Assembly: GCA_963802945.1 (NCBI GenBank)
Contig: CAWDKY010000051.1
Location: forward strand, 1-23,273
Direction of reading: 5' to 3'
Source of the DNA: an uncultured delta proteobacterium
GTDB lineage: Bacteria > Desulfobacterota > RBG-13-43-22
Length of the DNA: 23,273 nt
Positions 9,631 to 19,695 of this stretch are shown piece by piece. The position numbers and the translations under genes are program-made. The notes under the pieces are model-generated. The model did not search any database. It was not told the DNA's origin and saw nothing but the letters and a program-made list of their open reading frames with translations. Position 1 is the stretch's first letter. Every line of letters starts with the position of its first letter.

Positions 9631-12053
9631 ATGGATTTAAGGAATTGACCCCGGAAGAACTTCGAAGGATTTGCGATCCCGACAGCCTGGGCTTTGAGAC
9701 GACCGAGGAGTTGGCTGTAGTCCTGACAAGGTGATTTCCCAAGAGCGGGCCGTCCGGGCCATACTTTTCGGCGTTGGTATGGATGGGCTGGATTATAATA
9801 TATATGTAGCCGGACCGCCCAAGGCCGGGATGACTTATATCACCCGGACCCTGATTGAGGAAATTGCCCGAGGGAAAAACCCTCCACCCGACTGGTGTTA
9901 TATCCATAATTTCAAAGAACCCGACCGTCCGAAGGCCTTATCCCTGCCCAGCGGCAAAGGAAAAGAATTAAAAAAAGATATCGAAGAACTGATCGGTGAG
10001 TTGCAGAGAGATGTTCCCGAAGTGTTTGAAAGTGATGATTATGCCCAAAGAAAAGATGAACTTTTAAAAAAATTCAATGCTGACCGGACAGAAATCCTTA
10101 CAGCTTTGGAAGAAAAGGCCCTGGGGCAAGGATTTATTTTAAATGTCAGTCAGGTGGGTATGGTCATTATGCCGGCCAAAGATGGTCAGCCCATGGATGA
10201 AGAGACCTTGAAATCCCTAAACGATGAGGACAAAAAACAACTGAGAGAAAAAAGCGAAGTCCTCCAGGTGGAAATGAACCAGGTGGTTCGAATAATCAAA
10301 AACAAGGAAAAAGACCTGCGGAAAAAAATAAAAGAACTGGATAAAAGAGTTGCCCTGTTTTCGGTCGGCCATTTGATCGAAGAACTGCAGGAAAAATATG
10401 AAGAATTTCCCCAGTTGCTCAGGCATTTAAAAGATATCAAGGATGATATCATCCGAAACATAGATGATTTCAAAGCCAAGCCGGTTCCTCCCGGCCCGTT
10501 CCCCATGCCGAGCCTGGAACCCTCTTTGACCCGTTATGAAGTCAATGTTTTAATCGATCATACCGAAACCAAAGGTGCTCCTGTTGTTTTTGAAACCAAT
10601 CCGACCTATCCCAATCTTTTCGGAACTATTGAAAAACAGGCCCAGTTCGGGGCCTTGCTTACCGATTTCAGTATGATCCGTCCGGGCTCTTTGCATCGGG
10701 CCAATGGGGGATTTTTGATTATCAAGGCCCTGGATCTCCTGCGATGGTATTTCTCCTGGGAAGGTCTGAAACGGTCTTTGAAAAACAAACAGATCCTGAT
10801 TGAGGATTTGGGAGAACAACTGGGTATGATCAGCACCAAGACCCTCAAGCCGGAACCCATTCCCCTTCAGGTTAAGATTCTTTTGATCGGGGAACCTTAT
10901 CTCTATCACCTCCTTTATATGGGAGATCAGGATTTCCCCAAAATGTTCAAGGTGAAGGCCGAATTGGACGATCAGATGGATCTTCAGGAGGCTCCCCTAA
11001 CAGACTATATCCAATATATCGCCCGTTATTGCCGGGAAAGGAAGTTGTTGCCCCTGCACAAAAGCGGGGCGGCCCGGTTGATTGAATACAGTTCGGAACT
11101 TACCGGGCGAAACTTCAAGCTCTCTTTACAACTGGCCGAAATCAATGATTTGATCCAGGAAGCCCATTATTGGGCCACCCAAGGGCAAAGTCCTTTGATC
11201 ATGGCCGAACATATCGAAAAGGCCGTGGAAGAAAAAATTTTCCGCTCAAATTTGTATGAAGAGAAGTTGCAGGAAATGATTACCCTGGGGGATATCAAGG
11301 TGGAAACCGATGGATATAAGGTTGGGCCAGGTCAATGGTCTTTCTGTTTATCTGATGGGGGATTATCAGTTCGGCCGTCCTTCAAGAATAACCGCCAATT
11401 GTTCTCTGGGTAAAGAAGGGGTGGTGGATATCGACCGGGAATCCAAATTGAGCGGAAATATCCATACCAAAGGGGTGATGATTTTAAGCGGCTATTTGAA
11501 AGGGAAATATGCCCTCGATAAACCCTGAGCCTATCGGCCAGCATCGCCTTCGAACAGAGTTATGGCATGGTGGACGGGGACAGCGCTTCCGGGGCCGAAT
11601 TATTGGCCTTGCTTGTCCTCCTTGGCCGCAAGTTCCTATTTTTCAAGGGATTGCCGTTACCGGTTCAGTCAGCCAAAAAGGGGAGATCCAACCCATCGGC
11701 GGGGTCAATGAAAAGATTGAAGGGTTTTTTGAGTCTGCCGGGAAAAAGGCCTTACCGGGAAACAAGGGGTCATGATCCCGGAGGCCAATGTCAAAGACCT
11801 GATGCTGAAGACGAAAGTGGTGGAGGCGGTCCGGGAAGGACGGTTCCATATCTATCCCATAACCCATATCGAACAGGGTTTGGAATTATTAACCGGGAAA
11901 AAAGCCGGGAAAAAGAAAAAAGACGGGACCTATCCTCAAAATAGTTTCAATTTTCTGATCGAATCCCGGTTGAGACAGCTTAATGAAATTGCCAGAGAAG
12001 CCACAGTCAAAGAACAAGAAAAGAAAAACGGGATAAAGAATATCAACCTCTAA
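9631..12053 (+). CDS. LonC-type Lon-family protease (AAA_32 plus Lon proteolytic domain; frameshifted)
   Basis: ELTPEELRRICDP, PPDWCYIHNF, ETNPTYPNLFGTIE, IRPGSLHRANGG, GQVNGLSV, VDGDSAS (catalytic Ser), QPIGGVNEKIEGF (catalytic Lys), MIPEANVKDLML. Confidence 0.92.
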
Positions 12054-12230
12054 GGTTTATCGATATATCTGGCTTCATGAAGTCCAGTAAAAGGTAATAA
12101 ATATCAGAAGTTTCCCCCCGCTGGTTATCCAGGAAGGTGTCCCCCAGGTATTATTCCCGTGGTATTAATATTTTCCCTCCACCCCGGCAATATTGGCTAT
12201 AAAAATCCTTCTGTTGATAACCCCGGCCCC

Positions 12231-13810
12231 CTAATTAAATTTTTGACGCCAACTTATTAAACTGTACCCTGTAATAGTCTGAGGTCCGCCAAAGTTTGCA
12301 TTCGCCAGGTCCTCATCATAATGAAAGGTCGCATTGGAACCCATATTTACGTAATTCCCCCTTACTGATCCATAGAGGTCGGAATTGGAAGACATGTTAA
12401 CAGCGGCGTTTGAGCGTAGACCACGCCATTCAATCCAGAATTGGAGTTCAGGGCTACCATGTAAGCACTGGAATTTGCCGGGGGAATGGTATTATTCTGG
12501 GCATTGGAATAGATTTGTAGGTTTTGAGGGTCGCCCGCATTATTAATATAAGTATTGGAATTGAGAATAAACGAACCCGTGTCTTCATAAATCGTTAACT
12601 TTGTACTAGTATTAGCAAATATTATTTGGCTATTACTGTTTAAGGCAAAATTTCCCTGATTAATGTACATAGTCACGTTTCCCGAGACGGTTATAACTGC
12701 ATTGGAGTTCATCGTGAAGCTGGAAAAATAATAATTTGTGTTTTGGCCGGCCATTCCCAGGGTGGAGGTGCTATTACCGCCAATGGAGTAGGCCTTGGTC
12801 CCAGCGGTATAATAACTGGAACTTAATCCGCTGTTGTTATTACTGCCGCTGATAAGGGTTTTTTCAGTGGGAAACAGAGTTGTTACATTCAGGGGGTCAC
12901 AAGTCGGGGTGGGAACAAACGGGGATGCCGGTGGGCTATTGGGGGATTGGATTCCGGCAATATGGGCATTTCCACTGAGACTAATGGTCCCTGAGGCCGT
13001 GGCATTTCCAGAAACAAGAGAATTATTTGACAGAGAAATATTGCCGCCGGAAAAGGCACTATCATAGATTATGGCATTACCGGACATGGTTATATTCCCA
13101 TCGGCCAGGACATTTTGGGCATAGAGATCGGTATTACTGGCCAGGGTGATATTGCCGGTGGCATGCACTGCTCCATGAATATTAGAGTTACTGCTAAAAG
13201 TTATATTGGCATTGGCAACGGTGGTGGTGACGTTCCCATTGTTCCCATTCGTCGGTTGGCCCGAAAAACTATAGCTGTTGGTGCTTCCGTTACTTGAAAA
13301 GGTTACTCCGTCACACCCGGTCATGGCACCAGTAAAGGGAGAATTGCTGGTCGAATTTAAAGTAATGACAGCTTCAATGTTTGCCTTGGCTGTGCCTGAA
13401 GTGCCGGTGGAAGCAATGAGATATTGTGTTGACCCGGAACTGGGCATTGCTCCCGGGTTTCCCACCAATCGGTGTACTATGGTAAAACTATTGTAAGGAT
13501 TGGCAGGAGAAGTAAAATTAGCAGAGGTATAGGTGTTGCCAGTATTCCAGGTCGTGGATGTTGTCGAACCAGTATCCGAAACCACACCTCTTACCAGACG
13601 GCTGATCCCGTCTTCGATCCCGGCGTCGGCGGCATAAAAGGCCTGCTTCAAGTAACGGTAGTTGTACGAACGCCAACCTTCAACTATCGAAGAATTAGCG
13701 GCAAAAATCCCCAAAGCCGAAAGGATGATCAGTATAATTAAAGCCGTAATCAGGGCCATCCCTTTATCGTTTGACGCTGGATGAAGACACTTGATTTTAG
13801 TTTGATCCAT
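12231..13810 (-). CDS. pilX: PilX-type minor pilin with long Asn/Ser/Thr-rich beta-solenoid-like C-terminus (frameshift ~12410)
   Basis: Prepilin leader KG|MALITALIIL without Glu5; QAFYAADAGIE motif; corrected end GVVYA-NAAVNMSSNSDLYGSVRGNYVNMGSNATFHYDEDL...SWRQKFN*. Confidence 0.85.
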
Positions 13811-13820
13811 GGTTATCCTC

Positions 13821-14520
13821 CTAATTTCTTAAAGTGACGCTTGACTGGAGTGTTACTGTACCGGTAGATCCTGTGTACAGTAGAGTATTGGTGGTTTGAG
13901 CCGAAAGGGTGATGTTGACTTGAGTACCGGACAGACTGGCCGTAAATCCGGTAATGGAGGCAGTAAGAACGGAAGTGCTGCCGTTTTTGGTATACTGGAG
14001 GTTATTTCCCGACCTGGCGAAGGAGTTGGCGGATGAAATCAGGTATTGAGAAGTCGCATCAGGAACGGTTGCCCATGAACTGCTGATGGTCAATTGGGTG
14101 CCGGTGTTGGAACTGATTTGTTTCCATCCTTGTCCACTTCCGGTACCGGAAGAGACTTGCACATAATAATTTTGCCATTGATTGGCTGTCCAGGCCTTGG
14201 CCGTATCGTTGATGGTCGTTGAACTGTTGCTGCCGGTGGACTGGCCAACATCTTCCACCATGTTTAGAGAAAGGGATTGATTTGGGCTGGTTCCTGATAT
14301 GGTAACGGAGGAGGTCACCCCGTTTCGTAAGGTCCTGACTACAAATTCCATGGTCCTCTCTAATCCTATCCTGGACATCGATCAAGCTGGCCTGGTTTGA
14401 ATACATCCAGTTGGCTGAGGTTGATAAGGAACTCAAGGCGACAAAGAGGATTACCAAAATACCCATGACCATTAACAGTTCAATGAGAGTAAAACCTCTA
14501 TGAGATAGAAATCGTTTCAT
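13821..14520 (-). CDS. pilW: PilW-type minor pilin (frameshift ~14372)
   Basis: MKRFLSHRG|FTLIELLMVMGIL, then RIGLERTMEFVVRTLRNG...VNITLSAQT...TLQSSVTLRN; lies between pilV and pilX. Confidence 0.82.
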
Positions 14521-14521
14521 T

Positions 14522-14920
14522 TTAACTCTTCTTGGAGACATAGGTTGCCAGATTAACTTGTTTAGAGACCCCCTGTTGATTGGTCCAGGAAACACTAACT
14601 TGAATATATTTGAGGTAGCTGGCTACCGAATCGCTGATCTGATAGATTCGGGAAAAAGTACCCAGACCAGTAAGGGTTATCGATTCCGCCGTGGACCAAC
14701 TGGTATTGGTAAGACCGGAATAACCTGAACTTTTCAATGCCTCAAGTTTTTGTTCAGCCAGAGTGGTGGCCGCTGTTTCCCATTTGGCGGAGGTCCTGCT
14801 TCTTATGGCAGTTGACTGCAAACCGACCATAGCCAATATTCCCACAGCCAGGATCGTCACGGCAACGACGAACTCAAGCAGAGTGAATCCTTTTTGGTTA
14901 TCTTTAATTTTAAAGGTCAA
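14522..14920 (-). CDS. pilV: PilV-type minor pilin
   Basis: QKG|FTLLEFVVAVTILAVGILAMVGLQ, ATTLAEQKLEALK, IQVSVSW; probable TTG start overlapping the upstream stop, with RBS GGAGG. Confidence 0.88.
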   Translation of the reverse strand: MTFKIKDNQKGFTLLEFVVAVTILAVGILAMVGLQSTAIRSRTSAKWETAATTLAEQKLEALKSSGYSGLTNTSWSTAESITLTGLGTFSRIYQISDSVASYLKYIQVSVSWTNQQGVSKQVNLATYVSKKS

Positions 14921-15431
14921 TTTATTATGATCCTCCCCGTCCAACTAATACTCAGGGTTTTGGTACCCGAAGGGCCTTGAACGATAACAGTGGCTGCGGT
15001 AGTCTGTCCAGTAGAGGAGAAGGTGATGCTGTTCCCAGCTTGCAAGGCAACAGTAATATTGGGGTATTCAGTCCCCAGAGATCTGGTAAAAATCGTAGCA
15101 CTGGTACTTACTCGGACAAAATAATAGATCGACGAATTAAACTCGACCAGAATGGATTGATTCTCTTTTAATGCGGTCATTCTTGCATTTTGCAGATCCC
15201 CCCATACCAAACGGGTAGCCCCGGTTAACCGGTATTTATTGATTATCGTATTAATTTGGGGAACAGCGATAATGCTCAGAATGCCTAATATGGCGACAAC
15301 AATCAGGAGCTCAACAAGGGAGAATCCTTTTTGATCCAAATTATCGGGACAAGAAATAGTTGACCGGTAGGAAATAAATAAAGATGGGTATCTTGATCGA
15401 ATGAACTTTTTGCTTCTATCTTTTGTTTCAT
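14917..15431 (-). CDS. fimT: FimT/FimU (GspH-like) minor pilin
   Basis: QKG|FSLVELLIVVAILGIL, LQNARMTALK, ITFSSTG, ISWTGRI. The start is either TTG 15339 or ATG 15431, which is one base out of frame at an A-run. Confidence 0.85.
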
Positions 15432-15432
15432 A

Positions 15433-15520
15433 ACTGGCGGATCAGCCACCCTTCAATAAAGATTGAAATCGGGTCTGGATCTTTGCGTCCCAGCCTTTTC
15501 GGCCTGGTTTGCCTTTTTCA
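15433..15520 (-). ncRNA. c-di-GMP-I (GEMM-I) riboswitch
   Basis: Minus strand: aaaaGGCAAACCaggccGAAAaggctGGGACGCAAAGatccagacccgatttcaatctttattgaagggtggctgatccgcc. Contains the GGCAAACC / GAAA loop / GGGACGCAAAG core and a second stem. Confidence 0.9.
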
Positions 15521-15529
15521 GTTTTTAAT

Positions 15530-15557
15530 AGAATAACAAAATGTTAATAAATGTCAA
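15530..15557 (-). promoter_or_regulatory. sigma70-type promoter upstream of the riboswitch
   Basis: TTGACA-N16-TATTCT with an extended -10 TG; predicted start falls just 5' of the aptamer. Confidence 0.65.
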
Positions 15558-15660
15558 GACAAAAATACTCCTGAAAATTTGGATCACTAAAAATCCCTAA
15601 GGGTCTTTTCAGTCATTGGTATCTTGCATAGAAAATATATATTTTCCCAATTATTATTAA

Positions 15661-15677
15661 TGCAAAACAGATGCCAG
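15661..15677 (-). promoter_or_regulatory. sigma54 (-24/-12) promoter motif facing the pilin operon
   Basis: cTGGCATctgttTTGCA with exact GG-N10-GC spacing, in an AT-rich intergenic region. Confidence 0.7.
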
Positions 15678-15842
15678 CACAGCAATAATTAGTTTTCAAT
15701 AAATAGTTTATTATTTCAATAAGATATCTGGTAGCGCTATTTCGATAATTATTTTAATTGGGATATTTTCTCCGAATTTTTGTTGTTATTGGACAAAAAA
15801 TTGGTCTCTTTATTCAATTTTGAAATATTCTTCAAGAAATCT

Positions 15843-16142
15843 TTAAATGCGGCCGGTTTTGGCCTGAACACTGCGGACCTTGCTGTCTATCCTTGGGTCC
15901 GAACCCTTTCGATGATCAAATTTGACCTGGAGGCTGATTCGGTCGGAATCCTGTTCCAAAGCACGAAAGCAGCGAGTCAGCAAGGCCAGGAGATCATCCC
16001 ACTGCCCTTCGACCACGGTACCCATTGGGTTCAGCCGGTAATCAAGCCCGCTTTGATCGACAATGGTCAATATCCGGGCCACATATTCACTGAAACTTGC
16101 CCCTTTATCCAGAGGGATCATTGAAAATTCCATCAGGGTCAT
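15843..16142 (-). CDS. MTH1187/YkoF-family thiamine-binding protein
   Basis: MEFSMIPLDKGASFSEYVARILTIVDQSGLDYRLNPMGTVVEG; TGATG overlap with the upstream gene. Confidence 0.9.
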   Translation of the reverse strand: MTLMEFSMIPLDKGASFSEYVARILTIVDQSGLDYRLNPMGTVVEGQWDDLLALLTRCFRALEQDSDRISLQVKFDHRKGSDPRIDSKVRSVQAKTGRI

Positions 16143-17747
16143 CAGTCACCCCCATGAGTCTTTTTCTTAAACAAATCGGCCATAGTGCCCAATTTCCCGG
16201 TTTCTTTGACTCGATTTCGAAATTCATTTAACTCAGCCCTGTCTTGGTTCTCCATAACCGATTTCTGGGAAAGGGAAATTCTGCCTTGGTTCATCAATCT
16301 TTATGATTTCCACCAAAATTCATCCCCTTCCTTGAAGCCTTTTTTGGACTGGATTCTTTCTGAAACTGCTACCTGACTGTTATGGAGGAGACCGCTCTGG
16401 TGTGATCCCAGATCAGGAAGGTCAATAAATAATCCATAAGGTTTAACGGAACGGACTATCCCTTTGACCACCAAACCGATTTGCGGAAGCCTGGGAGCCT
16501 GGGTTTCCTGCCGGGATGGGATTTCCATTTGATCCGGCACATTGAAAGGACTCTTCATGGTCTGAATCTGGAAAGAACTCAGCAGGACCTGTTTTAGCCC
16601 GCCTTCGAATCACATCACCGGTTCGGATCGTTTCCTTGTCAAAGGATTCCTGTGCTGATTCCGACAAAGGTGAGACTTCCTTGATGGAAAGAGAAATCCT
16701 CTTTTGTTCTTTATTGATCTCCAGTACCTTGACTTCCACTTCCTGCCCTTCTTTAAGCTTTTCCTTGGGATGGCGGATGCGCTTATCGGTTATTTCCGAT
16801 ATATGAACCAGCCCTTCTATACCCGGGGCAACTTCCACAAAAGCCCCATAGGGAGCCAGGTTGCGAACTGTTCCTAAAACAATATCTCCTTCATCAAAAC
16901 CAAGGCCTGTTTCCCAGGGATCGGGTTCCAGAGCTTTAAGGGACAGGCTGATGCGCTCATTGCCTTTTTCATCCGAAGTGAATTGCAAAACTTGAACATT
17001 CACTTCCTGACCCATGGCTAGATGATCTGCTGGATCGTTAACTTGACTGCGTGAGATTTCCGATATATGGACCAGCCCTTCTATCCCACCCAGATCAACA
17101 AAGGCCCCAAAGGGTGTCAGGCGGGTCACCCGCCCCGGTAACACCTCTCCAATGCCCAGACGTTTCCGTGTGTTTACTGCCAAGGCCTCTTTTTCTTCCT
17201 GCAACACCGCCCGCCTGGAGACCACGATGTTTTTTCCATCCTCTTCAAATTGGGTGACTTTGAATTTTTGGACGGTGCCTACCAAGACTTCTGGCCGGTC
17301 CAGATAGGTCAAGGTCGCTTGAGAAAAAGGGCAGAAGGCTTTGGTCCCTGAAACGGTGACTTCCAGGCCGCCTTTGTTGGTCCCGGTTATCGTTCCCTCG
17401 ATGGATATCCCGGATTCAAAGGCTTTTCTCAGCAATTCGCCGCCGCCGCTCCCGGAAGTTATGCGCAGACAATTACCCAATTGGGCCCCTGAAGGCCCAT
17501 ATCCGATAAAGGCCAGCTCCACATCCATGCCCGGTTTAATACTTACCTCGCCTTTTTCATCGAGAAATTCTTTTAAATCGGCCCAGCCTTCTGATTTGGC
17601 CCCATAATCGATAAAGACCGTATCGGCCGTAACGAGAACCACTTTCCCCTTTATGGTTTCCCCGGGTACAAGGGGCCGGTCTCCGGCTGATCGGGCACTG
17701 GCCTCAAAAAGTTCGGCAAAATTTATCTCATTATCATCTTGAACCAT
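16142..17747 (-). CDS. Ribosomal protein S1-like multi-S1-domain protein (frameshifted)
   Basis: Five S1 repeats (e.g. TPFGAFVDLGGIEGLVHISEI, APYGAFVEVAPGIEGLVHISEI, KPYGLFIDLP), N-terminal FAELFEAS, C-terminal LGTMADLFKKK. Confidence 0.9.
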
Positions 17748-17772
17748 TCCTTTTTCCTTTTCTTATTGCCTA

Positions 17773-17967
17773 TTAGGCGATCGATTTCAGTACATAACGC
17801 ATTCCATCTTCCAAGGCCCCATCCAGGCCGACTTCATTGCCCCATTCATCAAAGACCCTGGCCCCCTTTTCTATTTCCCGAATAAGATCGGCCTGGATCA
17901 AGGCCTGACGGACTTTCATGCCTGGAACGAGGACAATGGGTTGATCATTAAGCCAGATACGTATTAC
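17773..17967 (-). CDS. Small hypothetical protein (~60 aa; absent from ORF track)
   Basis: After AAGGAGG it reads IRIWLNDQPIVLVPGMKVRQALIQADLIREIEKG-RVFDEW-NEVGLDGALEDGMRYVLKSIA*; start codon unclear and two indels are needed. Confidence 0.6.
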   Translation of the reverse strand, partial: VIRIWLNDQPIVLVPGMKVRQALIQADLIREIEKGARVFDEWGNEVGLDGALEDGMRYVLKSIA

Positions 17968-19498
17968 TTAGTCCTCCTTTTGAATTCGGCCTTCCACCGA
18001 TGCGGAAATTTGTTTTTTTATTTTGATATAATCAGTCACCAAGTCTTGGATCTTCCGGCTGGAATCCAATAAAAGGATTCGACCATTTTGGGCCGAACCC
18101 TTTTCTTGAGTTTCCATGATATTTTTTAACATGATGTAACCATCCCCTCCGGCAACCAGAAAATCGATAGTAGCCAGGGAATACCAGGCGTTCGGGTCTA
18201 AAGGTTTTCCTCCGACCCGGAGATCTTTGATTCGTTGACCTTCCGGGGCTGCAGGGTTATAAGTCAACCTGATCCCGGAAACCTGGGGAAATCCCCCGCC
18301 GGATCTATCAGGTCCGGCCAGCCCGTATTCAAAAATACTTTTCAATTCCTGTCCTTTGACTTTTAGCACAACGGGATAGTCGGAAAAGGGCAGGACTGAA
18401 AGTATATCCTTCATACTGATCGGGCCTTTTAAAATATCCGCGCGAATACCTCCCCCATTGGTCAAGGCCACATCGGCCTTGGTCTCCTGCCTTAGGATAT
18501 CGGCCACCAGATTGCCCAGGTTGGTTTCCTGTGACCGGGAGTCATTACCCTGCAAATCCACTTGGGCTTCACCAATGACTTCATCAAGAATGGTGGCCGT
18601 TTGTTTTTTATAACGGTCAACGATTTCAGCCACCAATGGATCGGGCTTGAGTTGATCCGGCCGGATGACGATTAATTTTCCATCATATTGGATCACTTTT
18701 CGATCTCGAACCGTAAGATCCAAGATGCCCAAGACTTTAGCGTGTTCCCAGGCCTGAACGATTAAGGTGCCATTGACTTTCATAGGGGATTCTCGATACG
18801 GGTATGGGTATGTCCGCCGACGATGACCTGAATCTCTTTAACCGCCCTGGCCAGTCGGAGATCAGCCGGCAATCCGAGATGAGAAAGGACAATCACCAGA
18901 TCAGGCTTGTCCCTTAACTCCTGGAGAACCTTTTGCGTTGAATCGATCATGGGAGAAAAAACCAGACCCTATGACATTTTTAGGATGCGTACTTGTGGGG
19001 GTTTCTTCAGTGACAAGTCCGATAATGGCTATTTTTAACCCGGCAATTTCTTTGAGCACATAGGGTTTGATGTCCGACAGACCTTGAACATTGGCGGCCA
19101 GAACAGGGAATCGGGCCTCCTGAATTCTTTTTTTCAGAACCTCCTGCCCAAAATCGAATTCGTGGTTGCCGAGAACCATGGCTGAAAAATCCATGGCATT
19201 CATGACCTCAATGGTTGATTTCCCTTCAAACAGATTGGCCCAGGGGTTTCCCTGAATCATATCTCCGGCAGCCAAAAGCAGGGTAGGGCGCTCTTTTCGA
19301 AGACGATTTACTTCTGCGGCCAGGAAGGCGATCCCTCCCAGTTTTTCCGGATTTCCTGCAGGTTGATAAGGTTCGGCAAAACCGTGGAAGTCGTTTACAT
19401 AAAGGATGCGGAGTTGTACCGGTTCCCCGGCCCAAACGAAATTGATAAAAAGAAAGAAGAACAAAAAATTGATAGTGAAGGTTTGTCTTTTTTTTCAT
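17968..19498 (-). CDS. Secreted 5'-nucleotidase/UDP-sugar hydrolase family protein (frameshifted)
   Basis: Signal peptide; ILYVNDFHG, AGDMIQG, LGNHEFD, GGHTH; C-domain RSQETNLGNLVAD, NGGGIRA, FPQVSG, FLVAGGDGY. Confidence 0.93.
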
Positions 19499-19520
19499 TT
19501 ATATTCTTCCGGAATAAATT

Positions 19521-19656
19521 TTGATGAATTCGTAAAAGTCGTCACCCCGGTGAAAACCGGGGTCCAGAAAATTATTAACTGTTTAATAACACTGGATTCC
19601 GTCTTTCGACGGAATGACGAAAAGGGGCTTATTACCTCTTTTTATGAATCCGTCAT
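19521..19656. mobile_element. Palindromic MITE/REP-like intergenic element
   Basis: Outer imperfect inverted repeats tgatgaattcgtaaaag / ctttttatgaatccgtca. Inner arms gtcaccccggtgaaaaccggggtccag and ctggattccgtctttcgacggaatgac are each hairpins and roughly complementary to each other. Confidence 0.8.
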
Positions 19657-19695
19657 TTTAATAACTTTTGTCACAAGAGGGTGCAAAGGTTGTGG

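Noticed and set aside
16792-17090. Near-identical ~30-bp direct repeat (atttccgatatatgRaccagcccttctat)
   Set aside because: Encodes GIEGLVHISEI in two adjacent S1 domains, so it is explained by the protein repeat.
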